A stretch of 64,000 nucleotides of DNA, taken from the human T2T-CHM13v2.0 reference genome, Homo sapiens. The stretch lies in the NCBI RefSeq assembly GCF_009914755.1, contig NC_060925.1; one strand, 5' to 3'. The translations under genes were made by a program, and so were the position numbers. Below are positions 15,572-30,394 of this stretch, one piece after another. How positions within the stretch are numbered: the first letter of the stretch is position 1; every line of letters begins with the position of its first letter. The notes beneath the pieces were generated by a model, which made no database searches, was not told the origin of the DNA, and saw nothing but the letters and a program-made list of their open reading frames with translations.

Positions 15572-15681
15572 ATCTAGGGAGATCACAGTAGTAACTCTAG
15601 GCTTTCCTCTGAGCCTCAGTGTTCTGCTGAGCCATGGCTCTTTTTACCTCAAACAAAGAGAATTCTTTCCCAGTGTTCACC
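15572..15681 (+). other. Candidate exon with Kozak ATG
   Basis: cctctcacttcccacag acceptor; ACC|GTAAGT donor; GCCATGG at 15631-15637 opens 16 codons (MALFTSNKENSFPVFT) up to the donor. Confidence 0.3.
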
Positions 15682-15764
15682 GTAAGTGGCTGTTAGGGAC
15701 CACACTCTCAAGCATCATGCTTTATCGCTGTTTGTTAATAGAAGATAGCTTAGAAAAGTACAGA

Positions 15765-15930
15765 CCTGTATTCAAATTCTAGGCCTGATCCTTACTATGT
15801 GATATGAGGAACATTTCTTTATCTGTAAAAATAATAACGATAATACTTTCAAGTCTGTTATGAGGTTAAAATAAGAAAAGTGTGTGAATGTACCTTTCAA
15901 AGTGTTTGGCATTTATTATGTCCTAAATAT
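15765..15930 (+). mobile_element. MIR SINE
   Basis: cagacctgtattcaaattct..cttactatgtga..ttatctgtaaaaataataa. Confidence 0.6.
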
Positions 15931-18217
15931 GTACAACACACTTTTTCTCTCAGTAACTAAAGGACAGAGATGCCAAGTTTACCATCATTATACTATTGAT
16001 GTCTTTGGCATTCAGCTTTTATTAAACCAGTGCATTATCTTTCCCTAGAAACAGAATAATCACTTCATTTTGGAGGAGGCTGAACACTTTCAAAGATGAT
16101 AAGATACGGTGTATCACAGTTTCCATTCAAACATTATAAAGGGACCCCCTTAAGTCAAAATGCTTGCACCTTTCATCAGCAGATGTCTTACGCCTGTTAC
16201 TCTTTTGTTAAATCAGAGAAGCATCATTTTTATCTGCTCTATGCCCAGGATGAAAAGTTTAGCAATCCCATCAGAATGACTCCAGGATGTGTTTCTTGCA
16301 TTTCAAGCTCATTCTTTATGGGTTTAACTGATCTGAGTTCAAGAGCTTAATATAAATATATAACTTTTTCAATGCTAAGTAACCTAGAGAACATTTTTTT
16401 TCTAAATATATGATTAATCTGACCATAATGCTGCCTCCCTTGAATCAGGCTGAGGGTGAACTAGATTGCACAAAGGGAAGTAACATAAGTAAACCTTAAT
16501 ATATCTCTGTCTTCCCTTTTGGGAAACTGCCAATAAATGAGATAAATAAGTCAGAGTCTTAGCAGTACAGCTCTCATTTCCATCTGTAATGACTAAACTC
16601 TTTATATCTGACAATCTCTTATTCAATAAGATTTGTCAGGAAAAGAAAGCTATTTGTGCAAGATGCCTTATTTTATTCTTGCAAGTCATGAACTATAAAT
16701 AGAATGATGACAACAAATGTTTCCGGAATTAGGTATTCATATGTGTTTGGGTTAAATAAGTAATTTCACTTCAAAGGACAAGTCATCCGCTTTCATTAAT
16801 CATCTTTAAATTTTAGCCCTACATTTCACCATCCATGCTGTAAGCATTTGTTGCATCTGCTTGAAATGTCTCTGCTACCCTTAACATCTTTTTTTCTTAC
16901 CTTCATGATTTTTGCATAGAATACTACATATGACTTGCCTGTACTCTCTCCATCCTGCCATGTATCCTGTACAACATTTCCAGCTTCTTATTCCTAAAGC
17001 ACAAGTTTGGCAAGCCTCTACCCTATAACCACACTTTTTAAAAAAGTCTTTCAATCTACAGCATTTTTCCCTCAATACCCCATTACACAAGCTCTTCAGT
17101 TCAACCTAACTGGTCTTCTACCCAGTCATTCATAAGCATGCATTATGATTCGTGCCACTGTCAATCCTCAGACTTGTAATACTTTTTCTCCTCATTCTAT
17201 TCTTTTCTAATAAAAGTTTTTGAGGATTGGAAGAAAGTTTATTTTGATGTTTTTCCTCAGTTATGCTGATTTGGGATTAATACTCCTAAGAAATGATGAC
17301 TGATATCCAGCAAAACAATCAAGGATACTGCACGGAGGAGGGCAGTACTAGTCGTAGCTTCCATTTCTGAGATTGGTTAGCCTATTGTTTGAGTACATAA
17401 CATCCAGCATAGTGATCCTGGTCAGGGCAAACCTGACAGCTTAAAACAAATCAACTTGTTGAGAGAGTGTAAGTGTCTTACTTCACTAGATAAAAAAGAG
17501 CATACATAGATAGTGCCTTCTATTTATGTGGCTGTCTGTACCTTATGGTGAAGGTCATCATGTTATGTGTGTTTTCCATTTGTGTGTATGGTAACTTTCC
17601 TCTCAATAAATGCTGTTCTTCAATCTGATACACAGGTGCTGTCTAGTCTTTCTCCTGCTAAGAAACAATATATTACAATTTTCTTCATAGTTCACAAACT
17701 TCTGATTTCCATTCTTACACCTTGCTCCATAAATCAGTCTCCTTATTCCTTAATCTGTCTGGCTACTAGATGAGACAAGTTTAAAAATGAAATTGTTTTG
17801 AAGAGAAGTCTTTACAGCTAGCTGCCTCTGGACATTAATCCATAAATTAATATAACAATAAAGAGGTTAAGTGATCAACCTAAGTCTCTCAGCTGTGGGT
17901 ACACTTAGTTGCTTTTTTTTTTTAAGAGAACTTGGGTATCTTATTCTGGGAGGGAAGCCAGGTATCATGGCTAAATGACTGTAGTTCCTGTTGTTAAATC
18001 ACAGGAGTTATCTTGTTGCTGAGCACACATTTTATGGTTATTAACTTTAGCTCTCATAAAGAGATGATACCCAGGGAGACATATGCTGGGGAGGAATAGA
18101 TGTAGTCATCTATTTCCCATCAGCACATTTCCTCTAAGAAGATGTTTCCTGCTTGGAATTTAATGACCAGCTATGCTGGTGTTCAAAAAGATATTATTTC
18201 TTCTCTTTCAACATCTC

Positions 18218-18810
18218 TCATTCATTCATTCATTCATTCATTCAATACTATTGTGACTCTGTGGGACAGACACTGTGCTAAACTCCAGAAATATAGCATT
18301 CGACAGACAGACAAAATCTTCTGTCAAAGGCCATATATTCTTAATTGGAACACTATTTATTCACAAAAAAAGGTGACATATACAATTATAGGAAAGTAAA
18401 GGGAATACTGGGAGCACCTAGGAGGAAACCTTAATCTGAATCTGGGGGAAGGCAGGACATCAAAGAGGGCTTCCTGGAAGAAGTAACACCTTAGTTAAGT
18501 TCTGAAACCTAAAATGTGATAATCTGAGTGAATTGAGAATCTGAGGGTGTGGGCATATGGAGAAAGAGGAAGGACAAAGGTTCAGGGCCAAGAAAGAGCA
18601 TGTCATTCAAGGAGTGAAAAGTTTTCATTGTGAGTAGAATGTGGGGTGGATGGGAAGACTGTGGGCAGAGATTGCAACAGACCCCACATAATGAAGAATT
18701 TTGAGGCTATTTTAAGGAGTGTGAACCTTATCTTGAGGACAAGAATGAGGTATTGAAGGTCCTTAAACTTGGTCTGACATGATCATATTTGCATTTCAGA
18801 AAGATTTTGC
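18218..18810 (-). mobile_element. L2 LINE 3' end
   Basis: (TTCA)n tail, cactgtgcta, gggcttcctggaagaagtaaca, gacatgatcatatttgcatttcagaaagat. Confidence 0.75.
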
Positions 18811-19329
18811 TCTTTATTCTTTTTTTCTTTCCTAACATAGGCAAGATATGTGATATGGAATATATCAAGATAGACTGAATTTTTTAATTTGATTATGCTG
18901 TGGAAAAGTTTGGAAACAGCACAATAAGCTCTAATGAAAGGTACAAAAATCACAAATCATGAATTGGGCACATGGCATCTAAGGCACAGTAAATATGACA
19001 GTGGCCTCCTAATAACTTTGTTCAGAAAACATTGCTGATTTATTTCCCTTCACAATGATATCATGTACATCATATCTGTGAGATTTGTTGTTGGATTAAG
19101 CAAGGAAAGGGGTCACTCTGCATCACCCTGATGAATTATATCTTTTGATTGCAAGTGACAGAAATCAAAGTCAATTTAGCTTAGGTATAAAAGGGAATTT
19201 ATCATTCCATCTGTTGGAAAGGCTGGAGTGATCGGAAGCAGATTCAATTTATCTCTCTGCTTGTTGGCTTTATTTTCTCAAGCATTGTTATCCACGGGGA
19301 AGTAGGGATAACTTCTGGCTTCTCTGGTA

Positions 19330-19730
19330 TGTTAGATTAAATTATATAGAAGCAGACCTTGAAAGGAATTTATTAGGAAGTGTTTCTGGGAAAATCTGGT
19401 GAGGGAGTAGAGATGGGGCCAGAGAAGGAAAGGCAGACAAACTAAGGTGCACAGGTGTGAAATCAAGTGAATCCCCTTGGCTCAATTCCCCAGGAGGACT
19501 CCAAAATGGAGATTTCCCCTCAGCCTTGTCCTGATAACCAAATATTAGTCATTAGTTAAGAGCTGCTTCCAGGGAATCATAAATTTCTAAGATCTTTCAG
19601 CTAAATATGTGCACGTACAAAGTGAATCTGACATCCTGAGGGCAATCCTCCAACCAAGACATGCAGGTGTATGAAAATGGTAAAGAGATTTATAAGGAAG
19701 TGGGTGAGGTATGAACACCATCTACTACAT
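19330..19730 (-). mobile_element. LTR16-like ERVL LTR, nested in an MLT1-like remnant starting ~19135
   Basis: agaagcagaccttga..tttattaggaagtg...catctactaca end; upstream gattgcaagtgacagaaa MLT1 motif. Confidence 0.5.
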
Positions 19731-21554
19731 CTTCTCTTCCTTCCTACCACTCTTTCTTACCCTTACCTATCTCTCTCAACAAAGCAATTCTAGACTCAAG
19801 TCTGATTGTCAAGCCTTAGGTTACACTCGCCCTGTAAGTGTATATCATTTTATATCACTATGACACAAAGTAATGATAAAATATTTTGTCTGATCAAGTT
19901 TAGGTCATGTGTCTTTATGAAAACCAGAGTAAGAGTGTACCTTAGTAGAAACACAGGGAAAGAAATGCTAGGCAAACAGATACCATAGATATTTACTAAG
20001 CTTCCCATCCCACAAGTCTTATATGTTATTCTAAAACACTATAGAACTAGCTCCCTGAAGGCAAATTGCCAGGAAGACTAAGTCTGAAGTAGTGCTGTAC
20101 TAGTTTGGGCCCTTTGTTGCACCAAAAAAAAAAGTCTATAATTAGATCTGGTTAACTTAGGTAGAGAAAGCATTCATAGCTCACAGAAATCTAGGAAGCA
20201 TGGAGGATTAGGATTGGCAGGAATTGAGAGAGATCTTAACAGCCAATTTGCTGAAACAAGAATGATCAGATGGTGCAGTCACCACCACATACCTATGTAC
20301 CTACCATCACCAATGACAGAACCTCCATTGCAGGGCACTTGCTAACATGCCAGGGCCCCCACAGCACCTGGACACTTGTCTTCATGCCACCAGATATTCT
20401 CCTTCTCTGTAGCTCTAACTGACCTATGTTCACAATAAATATATCTTGAATATATTTTATTTACATTCTCCTATGAGTTGGACAGAGGGACATGTGATCT
20501 AGAAGACAGCACTAAATCTGTCTACCAGTTCACAATCTGGCGTTCTCAAATTGAGAAAAACATTTTAGAACTCATGACAAATGCATTTTTTTAATTCTAG
20601 CTACCCTTTTTCCTGGCTTATAGAATTATGACTCTAGGGTCAGTGCAGTGTATGAAGAGGCAATGTATTATAATTGGTGCTTGATGTACCCAAATCATGT
20701 AGGAAACAATACATTATGTGTTTTCTTTCTTGGGCATTTGTTTTACAGACCAGTGAACCTATCTAGAGTTCTAAGCCAAAGAAAATGACAAGTGTATATT
20801 GCCTACCTTTAGTACACATCACAGAACTTTCTTGAAACACAAAACCCTTTGTCTTCCTGGCGGGAATGAGAAAAGCAGAGCTTGCTCAACTAGTCTGGCC
20901 CTTGGCACAATTGTGGAAGTGAAATTGGGTTCACGAGCCATAGTCTCCCCTTTGTGTATTATTCTCTCTCTTCTCTGGTGCCTTCATTGACTACTTTTCT
21001 TTTGACTGTCTCTTAAATGTAAGACTTCCTACGATTTTCTTCTTGGATCCCCTTAATTCTACTCTGCCCATGTCATCACATCCCCAGTGATGCTTTCACT
21101 AACATTTTCAGCCATTCAACTCACAAATCTCTATGCCCAGACCTGGGCTTCTATATTTCCACCTCATGTCACAGCACTGCTATTCACCTATTTTCCCAGG
21201 CCAGAGACCTGCATGTCATCTTTGATAGCATCAGCCCTCTTACCAAGTTCTTGAACAGTCTGAAATTGAAGGGGCATACACCTAAAATGGTTTTAGGTTT
21301 TTTTCAGAATCTCTGCCTTCAGTGGTGCTAAATTAAATCTCCTTTTCTTCCCCTGAAGACCACCTTGGGAAGGTTCTGTACCTCTTGGTTGTTTGTAAAC
21401 CATAGTACTGTACAATTTAAAACTCCACATCTGAAATACTGTCTGTTGGTTTTCACTCTTCCTCTGACACTGTTCTTAGAAGCACATGTGAATTCTTCAG
21501 AGTTCGGTTGCCTGATATGAGAGCTATGGCTTAGCTTAGTCTTTTGTTTGTTTC

Positions 21555-21982
21555 TTTCTTGAAATAATTAATTGACAAATAAAAATTGTACATATTCAAA
21601 GTGTGCAACATGACGATTTGATATATGTAAACCCTGTGTGAGTGTTAATTACCATAGTCAAATTAACACATCTATCACTAACCATAGTTACCATTGTTTG
21701 TGTTTTTTTTCGGAGGGAGGGTGAAGACACTTAAAATCTGCCTTCTTAACAAATTTCAAGTAAACAATAGAGTATTATTAACTATGGTCACCATGTTATA
21801 TATTAGATCCTCAGAACTTACTGTATTTATAACTGCAAATTTGTAGCCTTTGACCAAAAACTCATTTTCTCTTCCCCTCAAATCCTTGTCAACCACTCTG
21901 CTTCTATAAGTCTGAGTTTTAAATTCCACATACAAGTGAGATCATACAGTTTTTGTCTTTCTGTGTCTGACTTATTTTGCCC
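21555..21982 (-). mobile_element. L1MA9-like 3' end
   Basis: ttgacaaataaaaattgta, attaactatggtcaccatg, ttccacatacaagtgagatcatacag..ttgtctttctgtgtctgacttattt. Confidence 0.8.
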
Positions 21983-22189
21983 AGTCTTTCTTTTGGCCCC
22001 TACCTCTTATGCTTCATCCCAGCCTTTAATTTCCTGTGCCTGCACAGTCTCTTGCTGCTTGTTCAGGTGACACTGGAGGTAAGAAGACTTGTTGGAAAGT
22101 TACTATAATAGTCCAGAAAAAGAGAGGACCTGAACTCATGAACAATAGGGGACATAATAATGGCAAAAGTAACAGTAATAGCTATTACT

Positions 22190-22535
22190 TTGGCCTCTCT
22201 ACTGTATGCCAGGCACTTTATTACATCCCTTCTTCTTCCCATAGTAGTTCTGCAAAGTAGAGGTCATTTTCCACTTTTCAAAGGTGAAACTCAAGGAGGT
22301 TATGTGTTTTTCTAAGGATCTTATATTTAATAGGTGGCAAAATTAAAATTAAAATTTATTTCTAAAATTTTTCCTTCTTTCCGTTCCTACATTTCATTAC
22401 AATACAGATTCCTGGGGGCAATACTTAATCCTATACTTAAGTCAGGATCTTTAGAGAAAGGTCCTGAAAATGTATATTTTTAACAAATGTTTTATGTGAT
22501 TCTTTTGATCAGGTCAACTTGGGAAAATTAGCCTC
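22190..22535. mobile_element. MIR fragment followed by a MER5/MER3-like hAT fragment (~22400-22535)
   Basis: tactgtatgccaggcact...; cagattcctggg..gtatatttttaacaa..gtgattct. Confidence 0.5.
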
Positions 22536-23664
22536 AAATTAATATTGAAACTCAGCCTAGGCCTGCAGAACCTGGCCCCGACTATGTCTCCAGAACCTTT
22601 CCTTCCAGTTCCTAACACCAGTGGAATGTTCCAGCAATTCCAGTCCTCTGACTCTTCCCTGGAAACACTATGCATTTCAATGCCTCCAGCTCTTGGATGT
22701 ACTGGTCCCTCTTTGGTGAATACTTTCTTTGGCACTCCACCTTTAAGGTCCTGTTCCATCATAGTAGTCCCCATGAAGCCTCTGGCCAATGTTGGGCTTC
22801 TTTTCCTAACTATTCTAGCAGAGTTGCTCACTCCCTCCTCTCTGCTTCTCCCATATCCATACCCACATCACCTATTACACTTGCACATTGTATTATAATG
22901 TATTCATTTAAATATTTGCTTCTCCCAATAGGTTGCAATAGAATCTTAGACTCCAAAGAGCCTACTACAGTTAGTGCAGTTTTTAAGAAATGTGCCAGAC
23001 TTTTGCCTTCTCTACTGCTGTTGGTGGGGATAGTCTGCTGCTGTCATTTTGCTTTTGTTTATATTTATCTCTGCATTTATGCGTATATCTTTTCATATAA
23101 CTTCTAAGCACGTAGGCAGGAAACAGAAATTTGAACAAAAAGAGGTAAAGGTGGAAAAGAATGTAAATAGGTATTTAGAAAGAAAATACCAAAGAAAATA
23201 TCCTTGTTTTTCATGACTGGTTTCAGTTTTCTTCAGTTTTCTGAAATAGGTGAGGTTACCTGCTGAGATATAATAGAAGGAGATTGGAGGAGGGGATAAA
23301 GAAGAGTGGTAAAGAACTGACATAGATGTTTACGAAAATTAGAGAAAAAAGCTAACCCAAACTAGGTGGAGAACATAGATTTTTCCTGAGATGGTGACAT
23401 TTTCTTCAGAAGTTCTTGGAATTCCAGGTGTAGGAATGGAGAAGACGGGTACAAGGACTGACCCCAGAGTTGGTGTCTGCTGAGTGGGTGTGAGGAGAGG
23501 GGGGTGATGCTTGGGAAATGATGATGTTGATGGGAGGCGTGTTCAGGTGAGCCTGCAGATAGAGATGGAATAAGGACAACAGCACATGGCTAGGGGAAAG
23601 TGAAAGCACCAGTGAGCATTTCTGAGTTACTGAAAGTATGGGGAGCTTTAAAAGAGAGGACATT

Positions 23665-24122
23665 TGTGTCATGTTCCTAGCGCCGCTTTAGCAAATTACT
23701 ACAAACTTAGTGGGTTAAAACAACAGAAATTTATTCTCTTACAGTTTGGGAGACTAGAAGTTTGAAGAGTTTACGGGGCTAAAATCAAGGTGTCTCCATG
23801 GCTAGTTCCTTCTGGGGGATCCAGGGAGAATCTGTCTTTTATCTTCTAACTTCTGGTGTCTACATCGCTCCAATGTGCTTCCATCATCACATTGCTGTTT
23901 CCTCTTCTGCAGTAGTAGCTATCTTATAAGGATGCCTGTCATTATGTTACTGGTCCCACCTGGATAATCCACGATGACTTCCCTATCTCAACATCCTTAA
24001 CTTAATTATATCTTCAACTTTTTTTTTTTTTTTTTTTTTTTTGCTGTATAAGGTAATATAGGTTCCAGGGTTTAGGATGTGAACATTTTGGGGGACGGGG
24101 GTTCTTTATTCAACCTACCACA
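23665..24122 (-). mobile_element. MLT1C-like solo LTR inside an old L2
   Basis: caaattactacaaacttagtgg.ttaaaacaacagaaatttattctc...attcaacctaccaca; perfect TSD ACATT (23660-64 / 24123-27). Confidence 0.85.
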
Positions 24123-24499
24123 ACATTGTATGCCGATTGTGGGTTATTTTTGTTAGACTTTCAATAGTGGAGCGGTTCCCAGTGAAAACAAGGTCCAAAG
24201 TGTAGTCATGAGTGGGAGTGAATGAAGGTCATTGAGTCAATCAAGAAAGCAAATAACTAGAGTATCAGATGAGCCATTTTTTAGGACACTGAAGCCACCA
24301 GGATATGGAGCATGCTTGGGATGCATTGAGACAGTGGCTAGTAACTTGCCCCAGGTCACACAGTTTGTGGGTGGGGGGAGGTAGAACTGATTACCTTTAT
24401 TATTTTTATCAAATATTCTACTCTAATTTCTGGGATATCTGTAAAAGAAAAGAAGACAAAGAGAAGAAGGAAGTCTATTTGCTGTCTGTGCCAGAGCAA

Positions 24500-25012
24500 G
24501 CTTGATTATATTCTCCATTTGTATCCCTTCCACCCACTTTCCCACCTCCAGATCTATTCTCAGTCCTTCTCTGCCCTCTCAGTGCCCAGCAGGCCAATCT
24601 CTACCACTTAGATCTCCTAGAGTCTCCTGTCCTCTGGCTTCTAATTGGGCTTACTCATGGGAGGCCTCCTGCAGGAGTCAGAAGGGATAAGTATTGGTGT
24701 AGTTACGTACCTACCCCCTTCTCCAGCCCTGACTACTGTGGTCTGCCGGAGACTAAGTATTTCTACATACAAAACTCCCTTGTGGTAAAGCCGCTTTCAC
24801 AAATCCAGGTGTTTCTGGCCTCTGGTAACTCTTTTCCCTTGTTAGCTTTATCAGGCCCAGCTTCCTGCTCATTGCTTGATTCTTGGTGTTTCACCATCCA
24901 TTGTTAGTTTCCTTGACCCTGTCAATCCCTCTATAAATGATCTTATTTACACTGTCTTCCGTTAAGCCTTCTGAATGTTTGATCTATTCTCTGCTGAGAT
25001 TCTGACTAGTAT
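24500..25012 (+). mobile_element. LTR33-like ERVL LTR
   Basis: ccttctctgccct..tcctgtcctctggcttctaattggg..tgggaggc..gcaggag..; ends ctgactagtata. Confidence 0.6.
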
Positions 25013-25184
25013 AGTGTGGTATAATTCTAGCCCTTCACAATATTTTCCTTTACAAATTATCATTATAATTTGGTATTGCTTCAGAAGTCCCTTAGGTCTC
25101 CATTCTTTTGGTTAGGAAGTTAATTTAAAAAAGAAATCTCAATTTGTTTATCACTCTTGATAATGTTTTTTGTTGCTTGTATAA

Positions 25185-25650
25185 TTTCAGCTTGTCTTCA
25201 ATTACAACTAACAGAAAACATTACCAAGAGTGAATAAGCAAACTGTAGTTTATTTTTAATGACGTAATAAGGACAAGTTATACCGTTAGGTGCTGACATT
25301 GGTTCATTGCCTCTATATTATCAAGGCTTCGGCTATGACTGCTATGATTCTTTGGTTTTCCTTCATGGATACAAAATGGCTACTAGAACTCCAGGCTTCA
25401 TATCTGTATTCCAGACAGGAAACAAAGGAAAATATGGCACCACCCACATTTATCCTATTATGTTTTCAGAAAAGCAATTGCTTTCCCAGAAGTATTCTCT
25501 CTTCAAAAGACATCTACTTGTGCCATATGTATCAGAACTGGCATGAACAGCCACCACTAGATGCAAGAGACTGGGAAAGAATCAAATTTAACTTTTCCTA
25601 TAAAGGATATGGGCAAGGGAAAAGAAGTTTGGAAACAGATGTTAATTAAG
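25185..25650 (-). mobile_element. Old MLT1 (J/K/L-type) LTR remnant
   Basis: aacagaaaac, caaaatggctact..ctccaggc, cagaactggcatg..ccac..atgcaagagactgggaaa motifs. Confidence 0.5.
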
Positions 25651-25701
25651 CAGGGATGTCATCGACACTATCTTTCCACATAACCTTAGCAAAGCATTTA
25701 A

Positions 25702-25932
<231 letters not shown>

Positions 25933-28900
25933 TAAAGGAGCATGCATTCTAAAGTCAGAGTGCTGAGTTCCAACCCTAGGTCTACAATATTCTATCTGTG
26001 TGAATTTGGGAAATTACTTACCCTCTCAACGCTTCAGTTTCCTCAACTGCAAATGGAGATAACAAAGTTATTTTTCTATAAGGGTTACTATTATGACCAA
26101 ATGAGTTAATATGTGCAGCATTTAGAACAGTGCTTGGCACCTGGCGAGCACTACATAAGTTTTTATGTAATTTTAGCATTGTTCCTACCAAAACACACAA
26201 AGAGGAGGCCGCAAGAAATAGAAAAAGTGGGGGCCAATAAGAAATAGCATGAACAAAGTTTAGGCAAATTGTGAAGTTGAAAATATTCTCTCCTTTTCTC
26301 TTCTCTTTCCCTTCCATTCCTAATCATGACCTTCCAAGGCTTACACAACCACCCAGATTTCTATCCCTGTCTTGCCATGCAGAACTTGCTGCCAAGCTTA
26401 CTGCATGCATTTGCATTGCACCCAACAGTCAGTCCATAGATATTTTTAGGTTATTACTTTGTTTCAGGGGCTGGGAAAGAATCATGAGTAAAACAGCTGT
26501 GGCTCTGTCATGGTGTTTCTTACAGTGCAGTTGGAAAGATGATATTAAAACATAATTAGATAGAGAATTAATTGGTGTTTGATATAGGCAAAACCAGAGA
26601 TTTTAAGTACCCTTTGAGAGCATCCTAATCTTAGGAGCCAGAGAACCCTTGCCTGAGGAAATGATAATTATACTAAGACCCAAAGGTGAGGGAATTAGCC
26701 AGGTAGAGAGGTGGGGTTGGGACAGAGGAGTAGAGAGTTTCAGTAGAGGAGAAGGTGTAAAAACCTAGAGGTTAGTGTGTGTGAGAAGCTATGGACCTAT
26801 CTCTCCCTCTTCTACTTCATCAAGAATGTCTTTCCAGTCTGTCTCACTCCCTCTGAACTGCTACTAGTTAACAGTTGATTGTGAGTTATTTTGTGAAACT
26901 CTAACTGCTCAGGACACTTATGAACCTCAGAATTTTCTCTTCCCAGTTTCTTGGAAGAAAAAAAAGACACTGATGAGCTATCCACACTAAAGTGTTAAAG
27001 ATTTCTAAGTCTTGATATACTCGGCTTTCAGTCTATTGATATTTGAACAAGAAACTTCTAGGTACATCAATGTTTGCTTCATAAAGAGAGACTTTGATAA
27101 GTGGGAATTTCAGCTTTTTAGGAATTTATTTTGTTGTAGGGAGTTGGTGGGGATGAGACCAGATTATTTATGTGATGCAATAAAAACCACATTGTCTGAA
27201 GGTAAACTTGTAATTATCTCAAGTATGTTGGCACTAATAATGACATGAAAAACTTGATGATTTAGTGTTAATTGGAATATAATCATTCATTATTCATTAA
27301 TACAATTAAAGATTTATAATATTTCCTTTTTATGAGAATCAAAACTTTGAAATACTATTTAGAAAATAAGAATGGAAATGGGTTTTAATTTTCAGGACTA
27401 GACAACAGTGAATACAAAAACATAATTTTTATTCTTTTTCTCATTGCTGAGCTGTGCCTTAACCTATAGTCAGCTCTTTCAGCAAAGCAATTGCTTTCTG
27501 AGTTGTGTTGTCCCTTCTTTACTCCAGAGCTCCCATGTGGCTGGCAAGTGTAGGGAATGCTGATATCTGTGACTTCTATTTCTTTCTGAGGGAGAAAGAT
27601 AAATTTTAAATTTGTAATGTTACATCTAATCGTAAATAAGCAGAGGATGCAAAAGCCACATTTATGAGGATCTAAGGATTAAGGGGAATCTTGAGTGTTG
27701 TAAATAGTGCAGATTCTTCAAGATGACTTTATTAAATTAACATAGAATGCAGAAGCACTTGTCAATATCACACAAGGTATCAGACTGGATTAATGAAAAA
27801 ATAATTTGTTCTCCACTTCACATCAGCTTCGCAAATTTGAAACTCCTTCAAATGATTGTCTTCTTTGTGTTATTTACAGCTAAGCATTCATAGTTATTCT
27901 AGCTCCCCTCCAGGCTGATAGCTCTGACTTCTCATTCATGAGTTATATCCAATTGTTTCTGCTGTACCACAGTTATCTGCCTTTCTCATGGTATATGTAT
28001 ACATTTATGTGTACCTTGACTTATTCCAGAATAAATGACACACTTCAATATATTGGACACATTACATGCTAGATTTTATGATAACTTTTGTTTGCTCAGA
28101 GGCTGTTAAAAACTTTCAATATTTTCACTTGAAAAAGGTAAATATTCAGATTTTTAAAAAAGTTTTTGATTCTTCAAACTATATCACCTATTTAATAAGC
28201 TGGTATATCTGCTGCAGAGGTGTAAGTCTGGTTCAATTTCAAAAGTCTACAGCTATTACTAGGGAAACCACGGTCTCTTTTATCAATTAGCTGTTGGGGT
28301 AAAAGCTTCCTGAGAAACCTCTAATTGGTAACTCCTTGTCCTAGAAGGTCTGTCAGAGATGTGAATGTATATCCAATGGCCATTACCTCTCTTGTGGCAG
28401 TCGATGCTAGCTACATGCAACAGAAATTCATTTCTCCAAGTGCGAATAACAGAAAATGTTGAGACTTTCAAGCCCTTTTGGGAGTAACAGGTATTCCATA
28501 GATACGATTTAAATTGGTTTAATTTTAAAAGCAAATAGAGAAAAATTGCAAGGGGCATTTTAACTGCTAGTGACCGAAAGCTGCATAAAAACTTCAGCTT
28601 TCAAATATTAAATGATGATAGTCCAACATTTTATTAAAGCAGAATAAGAAAATTCAAAATTAAAACATTACTAAATCATAACTCAGTGTTTGTATTTAAA
28701 ATCATTATAGTGTATGTGTCAATTAGTAGTAAGTACCACATAAATGGCAATACCCAAATTGTATACTATTATTTCCATCTCCTCATTATCCACATCAGAG
28801 AAAAGTGTTATTGATACTATTTGTTCATCTTTTACATAAAAAATGTATTGAGCTTCTAACATGGCCAGAAACTATCTGAGGCATTGTTGGTACAGAACAT

Positions 28901-30394
28901 AGTCTCTGTCCTGAAGAATTTACTGAAGTCCAGTGGTATAATCAGCCAAAAAACTCAGAATTTACATAATCAGAAAAGAAAAGTTACTAAATAAACAAAG
29001 AGAAAAAACAGCAACCACAGCAATCATAACCAAAATAGCATTTAACCAAAACAACAAACACTGGAAAGAAGGTTAATATAATTTCAAAAGTTACTCAATA
29101 ATATTTAAAATGTTGAGTTGACACCCAAAAAAAGAGACATGCAACAAAGAAAGTATGGCTCATATATAGAAAAAAAAATGTCAGTAGAAACTGTTCTTGA
29201 ATAAGTCCAGATTTGGACTTACTAGAAAAAGACTTCAAATAATCTATTGTAAATATGCTCAAAGAACTAAAAGAAGCCATGTATTTTTAAAAAAGAAAAG
29301 TATGATATAAGAATATCTCACTAAATAGAGAATATCAATAAAGAGACAGAAATTATATATACAATACTACATATTATATATATATCTATAAAGTTTAAAA
29401 CTACAGTAATTAAAAGAAAATACTCAGTAGAGAAGCTCAAAAACAGATTTAAGATAGCACCCTCCCCTCCAAAAAAAAGGAAACCGTAAAATTGAAGATA
29501 GATCAATTGAGATGGCCCAGTCTGGGGTACAGGGAAAAGATAATCAAGAATAATTAACAGAGACCTGTGCACACCATCAAGCTTACCAACATACATTCAA
29601 AGGGAGTTTCTGAAGAAGAAGGAGAGAGAAAGGGGTAGAAAGAATATTTGAAAAATTAATGGCTGAAATCTTCATCCAATTGGGTGAAAAACATTGATCC
29701 AGGAAGCTTAAAAATTCAAAGGTGAGAACCTTAATTAGATCTGTTTCTAGACATGTTATAATCAAACTATTGAAAGACAAAGAATCCTGAAAACAGCAGA
29801 GGGAAATATCACATACAAGGGATCCTCAATAAGATTAAAACTGATTTCCATCAGAAACCATAATGATCAGAGGACAGTGGGATGATATATTTAAACTGCT
29901 AAAGGAAAAAGACTATCACCCAAGAATTCTATATTCAAATATCCTTCAATAAATTAAAACATTATCAGAGAAATGAAAACTAAGATATGTTGTTGTTAGC
30001 AGACTTGTCCTACAAGAAATACTAAGGGAAGTCCTTTAGGCTGAAATAAAATGATAGTAGACATTAACTTGAATCCACATGAGGAAAGAAATAGTACTCA
30101 TAAAGGAAACAATATGGTAGTGAAAAAGACAACTGTATAACACAATAATTATAAAACATGTTTAAAGGCATATTATATATAAAGATATAATTTGCATAAC
30201 AATAACACAGAGAACAAAAACAAATGGATGCATATTGGACCAAAGTTTTCATATACTATTGCAATTAAGTTGGTACTAATCCAAATGATGTTGTTTTAAA
30301 TTAAGATGCTAATTGCAGTCCCCAGGCAACCACTGAGAAAATAACACAAAAATATATAATAATTAAAGAAACAATGATAGAATTAAAATAGTAC

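Noticed and set aside
16096-16350. 84 aa ORF in unique DNA
   Set aside because: No homology recognised and no convincing splice signals; length compatible with chance
28401-28490. Exon-like segment (cttgtggcag...CAG|GTATTC)
   Set aside because: Weak donor and stops in all frames
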